64,000 nucleotides of DNA from Felis catus (lineage: Eukaryota): positions 220,164,001 through 220,228,000 of the forward strand of contig NC_058368.1 in assembly GCF_018350175.1 (NCBI RefSeq). The letters run 5' to 3'. Both the position numbers and the translations under genes were made by a program. The notes under the pieces are model-generated. The model was not told the origin of the DNA. It was given only the letters and a program-made list of their open reading frames with translations, and ran no database searches. Of the stretch, positions 14,113-26,036 are shown one piece after another; the first letter of the stretch is position 1; every line of letters starts with the position of its first letter.

Positions 14113-14500
14113 ATTGTTTAAATAGACGTTGTCTTTAGAGCAGTTTTAGGTTCACAGAAAAACTGAATAGAAAGTACAGAGAATTCCCATATAAACTCCT
14201 CCCCATGCATGCACAGCCTGGACCCACTTGCTGTCCATATACCACACCACAGCCGTACATTTCTTACAGTTAATGAACCTGGAATGATGCACGATTATCA
14301 CCCAAAGCCTACAGTTTACATTAGGGTTCACTCTTGCCATACATTCTATGGATTTTGACCAATGTATACTGATATGTATCCACCACTGCAGTATCACGCA
14401 GAATAGTTTCCCTGCCCTAAAAATCCTCTTGCCCTGCCGATTTATTCTATCTTCCCCTTTCTGCTGTTCCCTCTGCATTCCACATACTGATCTCCACATC
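14113..14500 (-). mobile_element. L1MB/L1MC-type 3' end
   Basis: tagagcagttttaggttcacagaaaaactgaatagaaagtacagagaattcccatata...agtttacattagggttcactcttg is characteristic of these 3' ends. Confidence 0.8.
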
Positions 14501-15658
14501 TTTAACTCAAGTCTAGTAGCATGAAAGTATTGTTCATTGATCTCTAAAATAACCAATAATTAAACAAACAAATATACAAAATCAAAACACCAAAAAAGAA
14601 AGGAAAACACCCCCTGCCTCTTCAGTTACCCCTTTATTGCTTTAATTTTCATATCAAAATAATCAAACTTTCTTCCTTACTTTATGTCACTTCTCAGTTT
14701 TCTGAGTTCTCAGGAGTATTCATCATTACTCCATTCCCTATGAACCATGCAGTTCTCCGGGCTCCTCATCCTGGTTTGAATTACTCACTTCTGGATGTTT
14801 CTTCTCAGTCACTTTTTCACACTCCTCAATCACTTGACCTCTAATGACTATTTTCCCAGGCTTTTCACATGAGCCACATATTTTCTCTATATATACTTTC
14901 TTTTTTATTGATCCCATCATTTTCCATATTTTATATATTTACCTACATGTTGATGGCTTCTGAAAAATAGATATTTTAGATCTAAACTTTTGGCTCTTTT
15001 TATACCAAATTGCTTATTTCTTGTCTTGAATGTTTGTTCCACAGCACATTAAATTTAAGATATCCAGAATTGTGTCTCTTTTTTTTTTTAACAACTACCC
15101 ATGTCTCAGTCTTCTTTCCCCATTTCAATAAATGTCATTGCCATTTACACAGTTGTTCAGCTAGAGATATTTTGCTTACTAGCTGTGTGCCAGGTGTTTT
15201 GAATATTTCACTATTTTTCACAACATACAACTTTTCAAGTTAGATATACTCATTCTCATTTTAAAAACTGGGAGCTTGTCGGTCAGAAGTCTTTAGAAAA
15301 CATTCCAAGATCACATAGATTTTACCTCAAAACACTTAGCTCCCATGCTACTTTCCAATAATAATTATATAAAAATTTTGGTGTAACAGATTTTAAAAGA
15401 AACATAATATGACTTACGATTTCAAATTCATTTTTCCCTTCAAGTGAGGCACCTGGGTTTCTGGGCATTTATTCCAGTAATTATTCCATTGCTCAAAATA
15501 TTTCAAGCTCCTCATTGTATAAGGGTATGCTTGGTTTTGGTTTTTTAAAGGATCAAAATTATAGCATATGTATTTTTTAAAGAATTATTCTGCTATGAAG
15601 ATCTAAAACACTTAGAAATTATTATAGTTACAGAGTTTTTAATTAAAATGCAAAAATT

Positions 15659-15890
15659 GGGGCAGCTGGGTGGCCCAGGTGGCTAAGACCTGACTTTGGC
15701 TCAAGGAATGATCTCACGACTTGTGAGTTCAAGTCCTGCATCGGGCTCTGTGCTGACAGCTCAGAGCCTGGAGCCTGCTTTAGATTCTGTGTCTCCCTCT
15801 CTCTCTGCTTCTCTTTGGCTGGCACTCTGTATCTCTCTCAAAAATAAATGAACATTAAAAAATGCTACATAAATGAGTAAATAAATAAAT
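15659..15890 (+). mobile_element. Feline Can-SINE (first of tandem pair)
   Basis: Flanked by atgcaaaaat at 15648 and 15891. Confidence 0.93.
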
Positions 15891-15902
15891 ATGCAAAAAT
15901 AT

Positions 15903-16107
15903 GGAGCATCTAGGTGTCCTAGTTTAGTGTCTGACTCTTGGTTTCTGCTCAGGTCATGATCTCACAGTTTGTGAGTTCGAGTCAGGGCTCTTCACTGACA
16001 GTTGTGGAGCCTGCTTGGGATTCTCTCTCCCTCTCTCTCTGCCCCTCCCCTGCTGTCTCACTATCTCTCCTTCCCAAAAATAAATAAATATTTTTTTTAA
16101 ATTGTTA
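15903..16107 (+). mobile_element. Can-SINE (second of tandem pair)
   Basis: Flanked by atgcaaaaat at 15891 and 16108. Confidence 0.93.
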
Positions 16108-16750
16108 ATGCAAAAATAAAAATTTAGGTACAATTTAAAGCATTGAAATTTTTGGATGTTTATGTATGTTTGCATTCAAATATTGTCTTTCAATATAGTC
16201 ATTGTGGGAGATATGTATATATCCCAATAATGCTCCTTGGCCCAAGTATTTTTGCTCATCATTTTTCAGATTTGTCCAATCTGATGGTTTATTACCTATA
16301 AAAATTATTCATAAATTTGTATTCACATTTCACATTTGAATATAAAGTTGTACATTCTAAATTACAAAAAAAAAGCTCTTCTATAATTAGTCATGCACTT
16401 TTATCTACCTGTTTATGCACTAAATTGTACACGGTAAAATACAGTACAATTGGGTGTGAAAAACTAATTGGTTTTAATTCCTAATTGGTTTTAATTCAGA
16501 GCCAGTACGTTCTAGCTATCTATTCTCCTGTGTACTGTTATGTAAACGAATTCCTACCTGGCTGATGTTGTAGAAAGAATAACTAGTTGTTCTTTTTATG
16601 GTGATGATATAACTTCTGCTGAGAAGTTACCTACAGAATTGGAGCTTGAAGGAGAGAAAATCTCACATGAGAAGGAATCTGTTCTTCCTTTTTAAAAAGT
16701 TGCCTAATCAATTCCAGAAAGGAAAGCAGAAAATAAATCTTAACATTTTA

Positions 16751-16969
16751 GGGGCACCTGGGTGCCTCAGTCGGTTAAGCGTCTGACTTCGGCTCAGGTC
16801 ATGATCTGAACGGTTCGTGGGTTCAAGCCCCGTGTCGGGCTCTGTGCTGACAGCTCAGAGCCTGGAGCCTGCTTCAGATTCTGTGTCTCCCTCTGTCTAT
16901 GCTCCTCCCCTGCTCTCACTCTGTCTCTCTCTCTCTCAAAAATAAATAAAGATTAAAAAAATAAAAAAA
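16751..16969 (+). mobile_element. Feline Can-SINE
   Basis: ggggcacctgggtg..tcagtcggttaagcg head, (CT)n, AATAAA tail. Confidence 0.96.
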
Positions 16970-17022
16970 CTTATTATTTTATACATTTGAAGAAATGAGG
17001 CTAATTAAAATAACAACAATAT

Positions 17023-17242
17023 GGGGCGCCTGGGTGGCGCAGTCGGTTAAGCATCTGACTTCAGCCAGGTCACGATCTCGCGGTCCGTGAGTTCGAACCC
17101 CGCGTCGGGCTCTGGGCTGATGGCTCAGAGCCTGGAGCCTGTTTCCGATTCTGTGTCTCCCTCTCTCTCCGCCCCTCCCCGTTCATGCTCTGTCTCTCTC
17201 TGTCCCAAAAATAAATAAATGTTGAAAAAAAATTAAAAAAAT
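17023..17242 (+). mobile_element. Young SINEC_Fc-type SINE
   Basis: CpG-rich, with diagnostic ggcgcagtcgg..ttcagccaggtcacgatctcgcggtccgtgag..tgggctgatggctc; near-TSD aaaataa(c/t)aacaata. Confidence 0.97.
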
Positions 17243-18994
17243 AAAATAATAACAATAATAACTACCCTTTTACTATGTTCTAGCCATTCTGTGCACTTTA
17301 GAGATTTGACCTAACACTTTCCTTTCTGTACAACATTCTTCAGTTATTCATTCTTCTCTATTTTAATGATAATTAAAGTAAGATGCTAAGGAAGTTAACC
17401 AAGTTTATGTAGCTAATAAGTGGGAAACCAGTAATCAGATCTACGTCTATCTATATCCAAATCCAAGGGAAAAATAAAAGAGAGATAAAGAGAAACAATG
17501 CCTAACTAGGTTTAATCCATCATTCCCCAAATTACTTAACTATGAAAACTTTTTCTACAGCCCAATAATCCTTATTAATACCCTGTAGAGGTGTCCATGG
17601 AATGTTCTTGGGAAATGAAAATTATTTTTAACTTACTCATTTTGAAGACAAATCAACTTATATTAGGCTTAATATATTAGGGTATTTGCCCAAGATCATA
17701 GAGAAAGTTAGAACCAGAAGAGCATTGCACAGTGTTTGGAACATAGCAGGTATTCAGAATATTTGCTTTTATCTCTCTATTTATTTTTTTTTTTATCTTC
17801 AATGTGATACCTTTCCACTATAGCACAACTTCTTAAATGAAATACTAGTAATAAAGAAGTTCTAATCAGTTTTATAAAAAAAGAAATGGAATTTAACTAT
17901 CACTTGGGATCATATTTCTTGGATTACTTATCTACATCCCTTTATAGGTATTACCTCATTTAGTTTTTAAAATGATTCTATGGATTAGGTATTATTCCTC
18001 TTCTTTCACAGATAAGAATATGGAGACTAAAAGATGGTGTTTTTCAAAAGAAATTATTTATAAATAAAATGTTTCTTCTTTTGCACCCAGATTTGACTAA
18101 GTTTACACTCTATAATCAAATAGTTAAAGATGGAAAGTGAGTTTGAGAGCAAGAGCAAAGTAAGAGACAGGAACAGCAGGGTTTTTCTCTAAATAGGTGA
18201 TTTCCTGTCTTTTAGATAGAGCAAGTAAACAACCTCTCAGCAGATACACACAATTGCAAGGGTTGTTAACACAGAGGGCACACTGCGCCATTATACAGAA
18301 AGCTCATGAGATTTTAGATCCTCAGATAGAGTCAGGTAAACTTAAAATTAAGAAGGTAAACAATAATATCAAAAAGTATATGCAAATGCTTATTATATGA
18401 TCTTCAGCAGGGTGTGAAGTGCTTGTGGGCAGTAAGCAGTCTAACTTACTAGTTTACATTTCCCCACCTCTTAGCATAGTCCCTAGGACTTATTAGGCTT
18501 TCAAAGTATTTGTTTTTTTGTTGTTGTTGTTTTTCTTAATGTATGAACATTTTTCTTGTGGTTTTTGTTCATATATTTTCAGTAACACTTGAGTAATACA
18601 AGGGTAGCAGTAATATCCTAAAACACTAAAAATAATTATGCAATTATATATGTAATAAAGATTGTATCTTTATTCTATATATATATACTGGTGGCTGATT
18701 AAGACCGCTATATGCAATCTGATGTTTTAGAGTTCTGTGATTCAAAGGAAAAGGCATATGTGCCTAGTAAATGACTGTCTTCTGATTCAGATTTTCATAC
18801 CAAAGGAAGAAAGTCTTTCCATAAAACTCAATTGACAATATGCATTACAGATAGGACTCTGAAATGACATGAAAAGCTAATTCAACCATATTTCCATTAA
18901 AGTCTGATTACCAAAATTAGATTATCCAAACATGAATGTAATTCACATTTACATGCTATTTTTATGTCAAAAATAATTTAAAATTCATTTTGGG

Positions 18995-19096
18995 TGTCGG
19001 GGGGGAGCTTCTGGCTGGCTCAGTCAACGGAACACTCAACTCTTGATCTCGGGGTTATGAGTTCAAGCCCCACGTCGGGCATCGAGCCTACTTAAA
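18995..19096 (+). mobile_element. Short tRNA-like SINE monomer lacking the (CT)n body
   Basis: A box tggctcagtc, B box gttcaagcc, short A tail; 15-bp TSD aaaattcattttggg at 18980-18994 and 19097-19111. Confidence 0.88.
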
Positions 19097-19140
19097 AAAA
19101 TTCATTTTGGGGAATTAATTCATAATGATATTGCATATGG

Positions 19141-19571
19141 TGTGACAGACACTCCTTGACCAAACTTTAATCAGGCTCCTCTAAGCCCTCTTTTCAACTA
19201 GACCTGACCTCGGTCCCATTCCTTGCCAGGTATGCATAGCCCAGTTTTAGCAAAACTCCTGTTAAGTCAGTTTAGAGGGAATCCTCCCCTACACTCACAT
19301 CTGATCACCCTAGCCTACCCTTCACAAGAATCCTGCTAGGTCAGTGTAGCAACAATTCTCCTTATCCTTGATGTCTCTCTCTCTTAGTAATTTTCCATTC
19401 ACTGACACCCCTTACATGGTCCTTGGACATAAATACCCCCTTGTGCTTGTTTTGTCTGGAGTTGAATTCAATCTCTCTCCCATTTTGCGACAGTCTTGAC
19501 ACCTGTCACAACCATCACGAGGAGTCCTCGATACAAGTTGTCTGAAGTGTCAGAATATTTTTTTGTCTACA
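19141..19571 (+). mobile_element. ERV1-class solo LTR (MER31-like)
   Basis: TG...CA ends; ctccttgaccaaactttaatcaggctcctctaagccctcttttcaactag start; internal repeat aa.tcctg.ta.gtcagt.tag twice; TATA-like cataaata at about 19428. Confidence 0.75.
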
Positions 19572-19915
19572 GATGTTAAGATTATTAGGCAACTACAAAT
19601 ACAGAGGCTGAATGTTTCTGGAAAAAAGTACTAGGCGCATTTTTATAATGATGATACAGTCCATATGAGAGTAAAAAAATATTAAAATGACAACTATATT
19701 GGCTAGCATTCAAATTGGCTAGCATGCATTGGCTAGTGAAACTGATATGTGTGAACCAGGGTAGATGTGACCAGGGCTCATTGGCAGAGGAGGGCAGTAG
19801 ATGACAGGAAGTACTCAACCATACATTATGCTCATAAATACATGATTAAAGGAAAGGGAGGCAAGGCATGGAGAATACCCTAGGAAGTTTGGTTGATTAA
19901 GATCAATCAAAGCTT

Positions 19916-21330
19916 GGCACAAAAACAGACACATAGACCAATGGAATAGAATAGAAACCCCAGAACTAGACCCACAAACGTATGGCCAACTCATCTTTGA
20001 CAAAGCAGGAAAGAACATCCAATGGAAAAAAGACAGCCTCTTTAACAAATGGTGCTGGGAGAACTGGACAGCAACATGCAGAAGGTTGAAACTAGACCAC
20101 TTTCTCACACCATTCACAAAAATAAACTCCAAATGGATAAAGGACCTAAATGTGAGACAGGAAACCATCAAAACCTTAGAGGAGAAAGCAGGAAAAGACC
20201 TCTCTGACCTCAGCCGTAGCAATCTCTTACTCGACACATCCCCAAAGGCAAGGGAATTAAAAGCAAAAGTGAATTACTGGGACCTTATGAAGATAAAAAG
20301 CTTCTGCACAGCAAAGGAAACAACCAACAAAACTAAAAGCCAACCAACGGAATGGGAAAAGATATTCGCAAATGACATATCGGACAAAGGGCTAGTACCC
20401 AAAATCTATAAAGAGCTCACCAAACTCCACACCCGAAAAACAAATAACCCAGTGAAGAAATGGGCAGAAAACATGAATAGACACTTCTCTAAAGAAGACA
20501 TCTGGATGGCCAACAGGCACATGAAAAGATGCGTCGCTCCTTATCAGGGAAATACAAATCAAAACCACACTCAGGTATCACCTCACGCCAGTCAGAGTGG
20601 CCAAAATGAACAAATCAGGAGACTCTAGATGCTGGAGAGGATGTGGAGAAACGGGAACCCTCTTGCACTGTTGGTGGGAATGCAAATTGGTGCAGCCGCT
20701 CTGGAAAGCAGTGTGGAGGTTCCTCAGAAAATTAAAAATAGACCTACCCTATGACCCAGCAATAGCACTGCTAGGGATTTATCCAAGGGATACAGGAGTA
20801 CTGATGCATAGGGCCACTTGTACCCCAATGTTCATAGCAGCACTCTCAACAATAGCCAAATTATGGAAAGAGCCTAAATGTCCATCAACTGATGAATGGA
20901 TAAAGAAATTGTGGTTTATATACACAATGGAGTACTACGTGGCAATGAGAAAAAATGAAATATGGCCTTTTGTAGCAACGTGGATGGAACTGGAGAGTGT
21001 GATGCTAAGTGAAATAAGCCATACAGAGAAAGACAGATACCATATGGTTTCACTCTTATGTGGATCCTGAGAAACTTAACAGGAACCCATGGGGGAGGGG
21101 AAGGAAAAGAAAAAAAAAAGAGGTTAGAGTGGGAGAGAGCCAAAGCATAAGAGACTGTTAAAAAACTGAGAACAAACTGAGGGTTGATGGGGGGTGGGAG
21201 GGAGGAGAGGGTGGGTGATGGGTATTGAGGAGGGCACCTTTTGGGATGAGCACTGGGTGTTGTATGGAAACCAATTTGTCAATAAATTTCATATATAAAA
21301 AAAATAAAATGTTAATTAAAAATTAAAAAA
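19916..21330 (+). mobile_element. Young 5'-truncated feline L1 (L1_Fc-like): ORF2 C-terminus + 3'UTR + A-tail
   Basis: Perfect 17-bp TSD aagatcaatcaaagctt at 19899-19915 and 21331-21347; ORF2 peptide [23 protein letters not shown]...; G-rich 3'UTR; AATAAA followed by an A-rich tail; frameshift near 20530. Confidence 0.97.
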
Positions 21331-22499
21331 AAGATCAATCAAAGCTTAAAAAGAACAAATGACAATCTAAGAAGAAAATTAGAAAGACAATTGTTTTATG
21401 ATACTAATTTTTTATGCCTCTACATTTACTTTTGAAAGATCACATACTTATTTTAGAAGACTTATTTCAGTTCTAGATAAATATGTCTGACCACTCATGA
21501 CAGTTCCCATCTTTCTCAACCTATGTGAATGACTGGAAAGCAGTTGTGCTCTTTACATCTTAACATGATTAATAATTTGCATGAATATTTAAAATTTGAT
21601 GTATAGAACCATTTTAGATTTATAACACCTGTTTGTTCAAATTTTAGAACTCTTTCTCAATACTTAATTAATGCTATATTGTCCCCACAGAGTTTAAAAA
21701 ATATAATGTTACAATTTCAACTTTTGAATGAAATTAATATTAATTTCTCTGTATTAAAAATAGAATGTAATCCGTAATTATCATATCAGTTTGGAAAAGT
21801 CATAAAAGTATATCTGGATATACTTTTCCTGGAAGGAAAATGCTCTTCCCACATTCTAAAAGGAATGTATTTTATAAAAGTGGACACTATATATTATATT
21901 CAATAAGCTTCATCCCTCAAATCAGTGGATTTTAAATATTTCCTTCAATCTTAAATGAGGATGAATTAAGCAGGGTAAAAATATTGTTTCACACTCCATT
22001 TTGGGATCTTAAATGGAATTTTTAATTACAATTTGGGGGGGCTGCATTTCTTCTATAGAAGAATGAACAAGTCATATAAATGTTTATCTACAGAAACAGC
22101 AATATCTCGTATATGTTTTATTTTCAATCATAAGGTGTCAGATTTCTAAAATAAATTGTATGTGTATACTAGAGATAGACAGAATGAATAAATATCTTTC
22201 CTGAGACTTGTTTCACATTAATTCCTTTGCGGGATGGGTCATGTTAGAATAGGTATAAATGAAATAGGACAGACTATGAGGTAAGAGATGTTGAAATCCA
22301 GTGGTGAGTACATGGTGTTTTAAAAATATATTATAACTTTCATTTTTGCATTTGTTGAAAAACTTAGAAAACATCTAAGTGGTATTGGATATTTTTTGTA
22401 ATGGTTTCTTCACTTTTTGTTAAATCTGATTAGTTTTCTCCAAGGTAGTTTTATTTTTTCACAAACTATATTTTTAATATTACTACTTTTTTCAAACTC

Positions 22500-23035
22500 C
22501 ACTACCACCACAGTGCCACATTCAACAGCTCCTGCTTTTCTGCCTGAGTACAGCTTGCACACCTTCACACGGATATCCTCTGTTCAAATCAGTTGAATCC
22601 ATTCAGTGGCTCTTGGGATGAGAGAGTATTTCTCTTGGTACACAAAGCCCTATACCCCCTACCTTCTCACAATGCTTTGTCTGCTCACACTCAATAGACC
22701 TCACCCCACTGATCTCCATTCAGTCCCCCCTCTCAGACATGGTCTTCACTGCAATGCTTTTAATCTATCTTCTTTCTGACTTACTCCATTTTTTCCTAAT
22801 ACAACATAAAGTCTGTTATTGTGTTTTCCCTTATAGTAATAAGTAAAATCACATCATCTCCATTGCTCCTTCATAGCAATTTGAACATTTCCCTTCTTAG
22901 CAACTTTCAAAGTTTATTATAATTAACTGTGTAATCATACATCTGGCTAAAATGTGACTCTTTTGTTCGTTCTGTATCCCATTGGAGCAACCAGTATCTT
23001 GCAAATGGCATGGACACTGAATAAATATCTTTCAA
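22500..23035 (+). mobile_element. L2 3' fragment
   Basis: ccattcagtggctc; ttttgttcgttctgtatccc; actgaataaatatctt end. Confidence 0.45.
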
Positions 23036-23926
23036 ATATTACTAGAAGTCGATTCAATGGCTGGGTTGGGCAAAGAGTTTGTCGTATCAGAAAAATTCAG
23101 TTTTAACTGTAAAGTAGCCATAATTGTGTAAATTTACTTTTATATGGCCAGAAATTATTTATTTACATATTGAATATTTATTTTATTTGTTTATCCACTA
23201 ATTCAAAGAGAATAAACAACACGGTAGTGTTTAACTTCTGAACTTGCATGGTAGTTCAAAGTGCTGCAGGTCCATGAACTTGCAAACTCATGAATTTGCA
23301 AAGATATGTGAAGGGAAGCTACACAAGACAATTAATAAACTAATTAAACTCACAGAGCCAAATTTTCTCAGACATGAGAAGTGCTAAGAAGTAAAATAAA
23401 GTCTAGTAAGCAGACGATAGCTAATTCTCTATCAAAGTTTGCCAGTTTTCATAACTTTAGCTTAAAGGAAGGAAGGAAAGAAGGGTAAACCCTAAAACCA
23501 TATAATAGACTGTTATCTCCACTCTAATCATTTCCACACATATTTTGTTTTTTCCTCTTATTATTACTCATAAGTTATAAACGTGACAGAGATCTTTATT
23601 CCTCAATTAGTGTGACACCATTAACAGCCCTAGTGAATTTGCCTGCTGGGCTAATGTGCTAATGCAAATGCTTCTTTAGTTTGTTGGATATTTGGTAAAT
23701 AAGTTTAAGTTGACATGGTAACATTAGTCCTATGACTAATTTTACTGAGTATTGGTTTACTTCTGTGACCCTCATTTTGTATGTATTTAATCGGGATTGA
23801 CCTGTAAAAGATGTTTCAAACTGCCTAGGAAGTACATTTTCCTTTTATACAGGTATTGCATACATTTAAAATCAACCACAAATGAATCCATATATTTTAA
23901 AATAAGGCTAAATCCCAAGATCAGAC

Positions 23927-24090
23927 AACAGAATAAAAACTAAATGGTGATATTGGAGAGAATTGTGTAATTTATATATTTAACAAATTTATATATTTAA
24001 GAAATATATTTATATATTTAACAGAATAAAAACTAAATGGTGATTTTGGAGGGAATTGTGTGATTTCTATATTTAACATGTTTAAGAAAT
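23927..24090. repeat. Local imperfect tandem duplication, period about 93 bp
   Basis: aacagaataaaaactaaatggtgat.ttggag.gaattgtgt.attt.tatatttaaca at 23927 and 24020. Confidence 0.9.
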
Positions 24091-24249
24091 AGCATACTTT
24101 AAGTAGAAATAATATATTGTTAGACATTTTACTTTTTTGCATTAAAATTATTACCTGTAAAGACCATGAATTATCTTCGAAAACTGTTTGGTTATTTCTT
24201 ATGGAGATGAACATGTATGTAGCATATTAAAGGGTAATCTTACTGGCTA

Positions 24250-24880
24250 TCCAAGTGCACACAAAACTTATGTGTAAATTTTTTAATACCTCTATTCATA
24301 ACTGTCAATCCCTTCACTGGTGTATGGGTAATCAGACAGTGATTCATGTAATTGAGTACTACTCAGTGATACAAATAATAAACTGTTGTGTGAGACACAC
24401 AAAACAGATGAGTCTCCGATGCATTATCCTAAGTAAAAGGAGCTAAACATGAAATACTACTCATTTCATGATCCCATTCTTACAAATTTCTTGCAAAGCA
24501 AAACTGTAAAAACACAAAATTGATCAGTGGTTGAGAGGGTCTTGCGGATGGGACAGGGGATTGCCCACAAAGGAGCACAATGGAGTTTTTTTAGTTGATT
24601 CAGATTATATATTGTGATTGTAAAAACCCATTAAAATGTACAATAGAGGGGCACCTGGGTGGCTCAGTCTGTTAAGGATCTGGCTCTAGGTTTTGACTCA
24701 GGTCATGATCTCTCGGTTCATGAGTTCAAGCCCACGTCAGGCTCTGTGCTGACAGAGCAGAGCCTGCTTGGGATTCTCTGTCTCCCTCGCTCACTCTCCC
24801 TCTCTGTCTCAAAAATAAATTAATACACCTTTAAAAAGTACACAATAGAAATAATTAATTTTACTGTGTATAAATTATTT
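24250..24880 (+). mobile_element. Old L1M 3' end interrupted by a SINE
   Basis: gtgcacacaaaacttatgtgtaaat; gagtactactcagtgatacaaa; gcattatcctaagtaaaaggagc; attttactgtgtataaattat. Confidence 0.7.
24648..24835 (+). mobile_element. Can-SINE
   Basis: Canonical head, (CT)n and tail; acaataga repeated on both sides. Confidence 0.93.
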
Positions 24881-25727
24881 TTAACCTCCCCCCCCCCGCC
24901 AAAATAAATAAATAAATAAATAAAACCACAAACAAAGTATCTGTGAAGGGATAGAGTCCTCACCAATAGTTAGCTGAGATTCTAGTGCAAGCAGGGCACG
25001 GTTATTTCTGACTAAAATCTAGGAGAAATTAAGGTAATGCACTAAAGGTTACTGTTTATCAAAACTATTTTTCTTTTCTACCTGGCACAAGTTAAACTAT
25101 ATTTACTGGGCTCCCTCAGAATTTGATGAAGTCATATGTTAAATTATACCCAATGGAAGGAGAGTTGTGGGACACCCACATTTGGCACATTTCCATTCTC
25201 ATTCTCTTTCTGCCACTTTGACAGAGAGCACACGTTGACTCTGGAAGTTGAGTGTTATTGAAGATACTATAACCAAACAATGGAAGAAATTTTGTATTTA
25301 TTTTCAAAAACTAAAATTTCTCAGGATGGGAATTTTCTATAAAGACAAACATTTGCAAGGATGTATGAAAACAAGCTAGACACAGTATCATTCCCAGTGA
25401 AACGTTAGTCCAATTAAAGAATTTATATTCTGGAAGTGTGAATGATGACCATTTGTTTTTGATGGGGGAAAAAATCAAGACAAATTTTTAAACTGACTGC
25501 TTGCATACTGCTTTTATAGTGAGATCACTTAAGTTAATCATGATCTTTTCTCTATCTTTGTTTATTTGAAAAAAATACAACTTCTTGAACATATTAAATT
25601 TGTGAATAAACTGTGAGGCAGACAGAGAAGAAATTCTAGCCATTAGACTATTTTTAGCTTATTATTTCATCAGTCATAAAGATATATATAGTCAAGTCAC
25701 ATTCAAGGTTTTAACATTTGTTTTTCA

Positions 25728-26036
25728 TGATTTATATGTACATATAATATATTCATATTATATGTATATTGTATACTGTATACATATTGTATACATATTG
25801 TATACATATATGTATTGTATGTATGTATTGTGTATATATATATGTATACTGTGTATACATGTGTATATGTGTATTGCATATATGTATTGTATATATATGT
25901 ATATATATGTATACTGTGTATACATATTGTATACATGTATACATACATGTATTGTATATACATATATGTATAATGTATATTATATGTATAATATACATTA
26001 TGTAAATATATATATGTACATATAATGTTATATATT
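25728..26036. repeat. Degenerate (TA/TG)n low-complexity tract
   Basis: About 300 bp of tatatg/tataca units. Confidence 0.9.

Noticed and set aside
16464..16497. Perfect 17-bp tandem duplication; similar small duplications and hairpins at about 11979, 27641, 42545 and 56760
   Set aside because: Ordinary slippage products or low-complexity chance palindromes.
18995..19096. Functional tRNA gene
   Set aside because: A tail and TSD show a retroposed copy; no convincing acceptor stem.
20597..21070. 157-aa ORF and neighbouring 140-aa and 180-aa ORFs
   Set aside because: All lie in the truncated L1 (ORF2 fragment, alternative or antisense frames); not host genes.
25703..26025. Overlapping Y/I/C/M-rich ORFs
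   Set aside because: Translation of a (TA/TG)n low-complexity tract.
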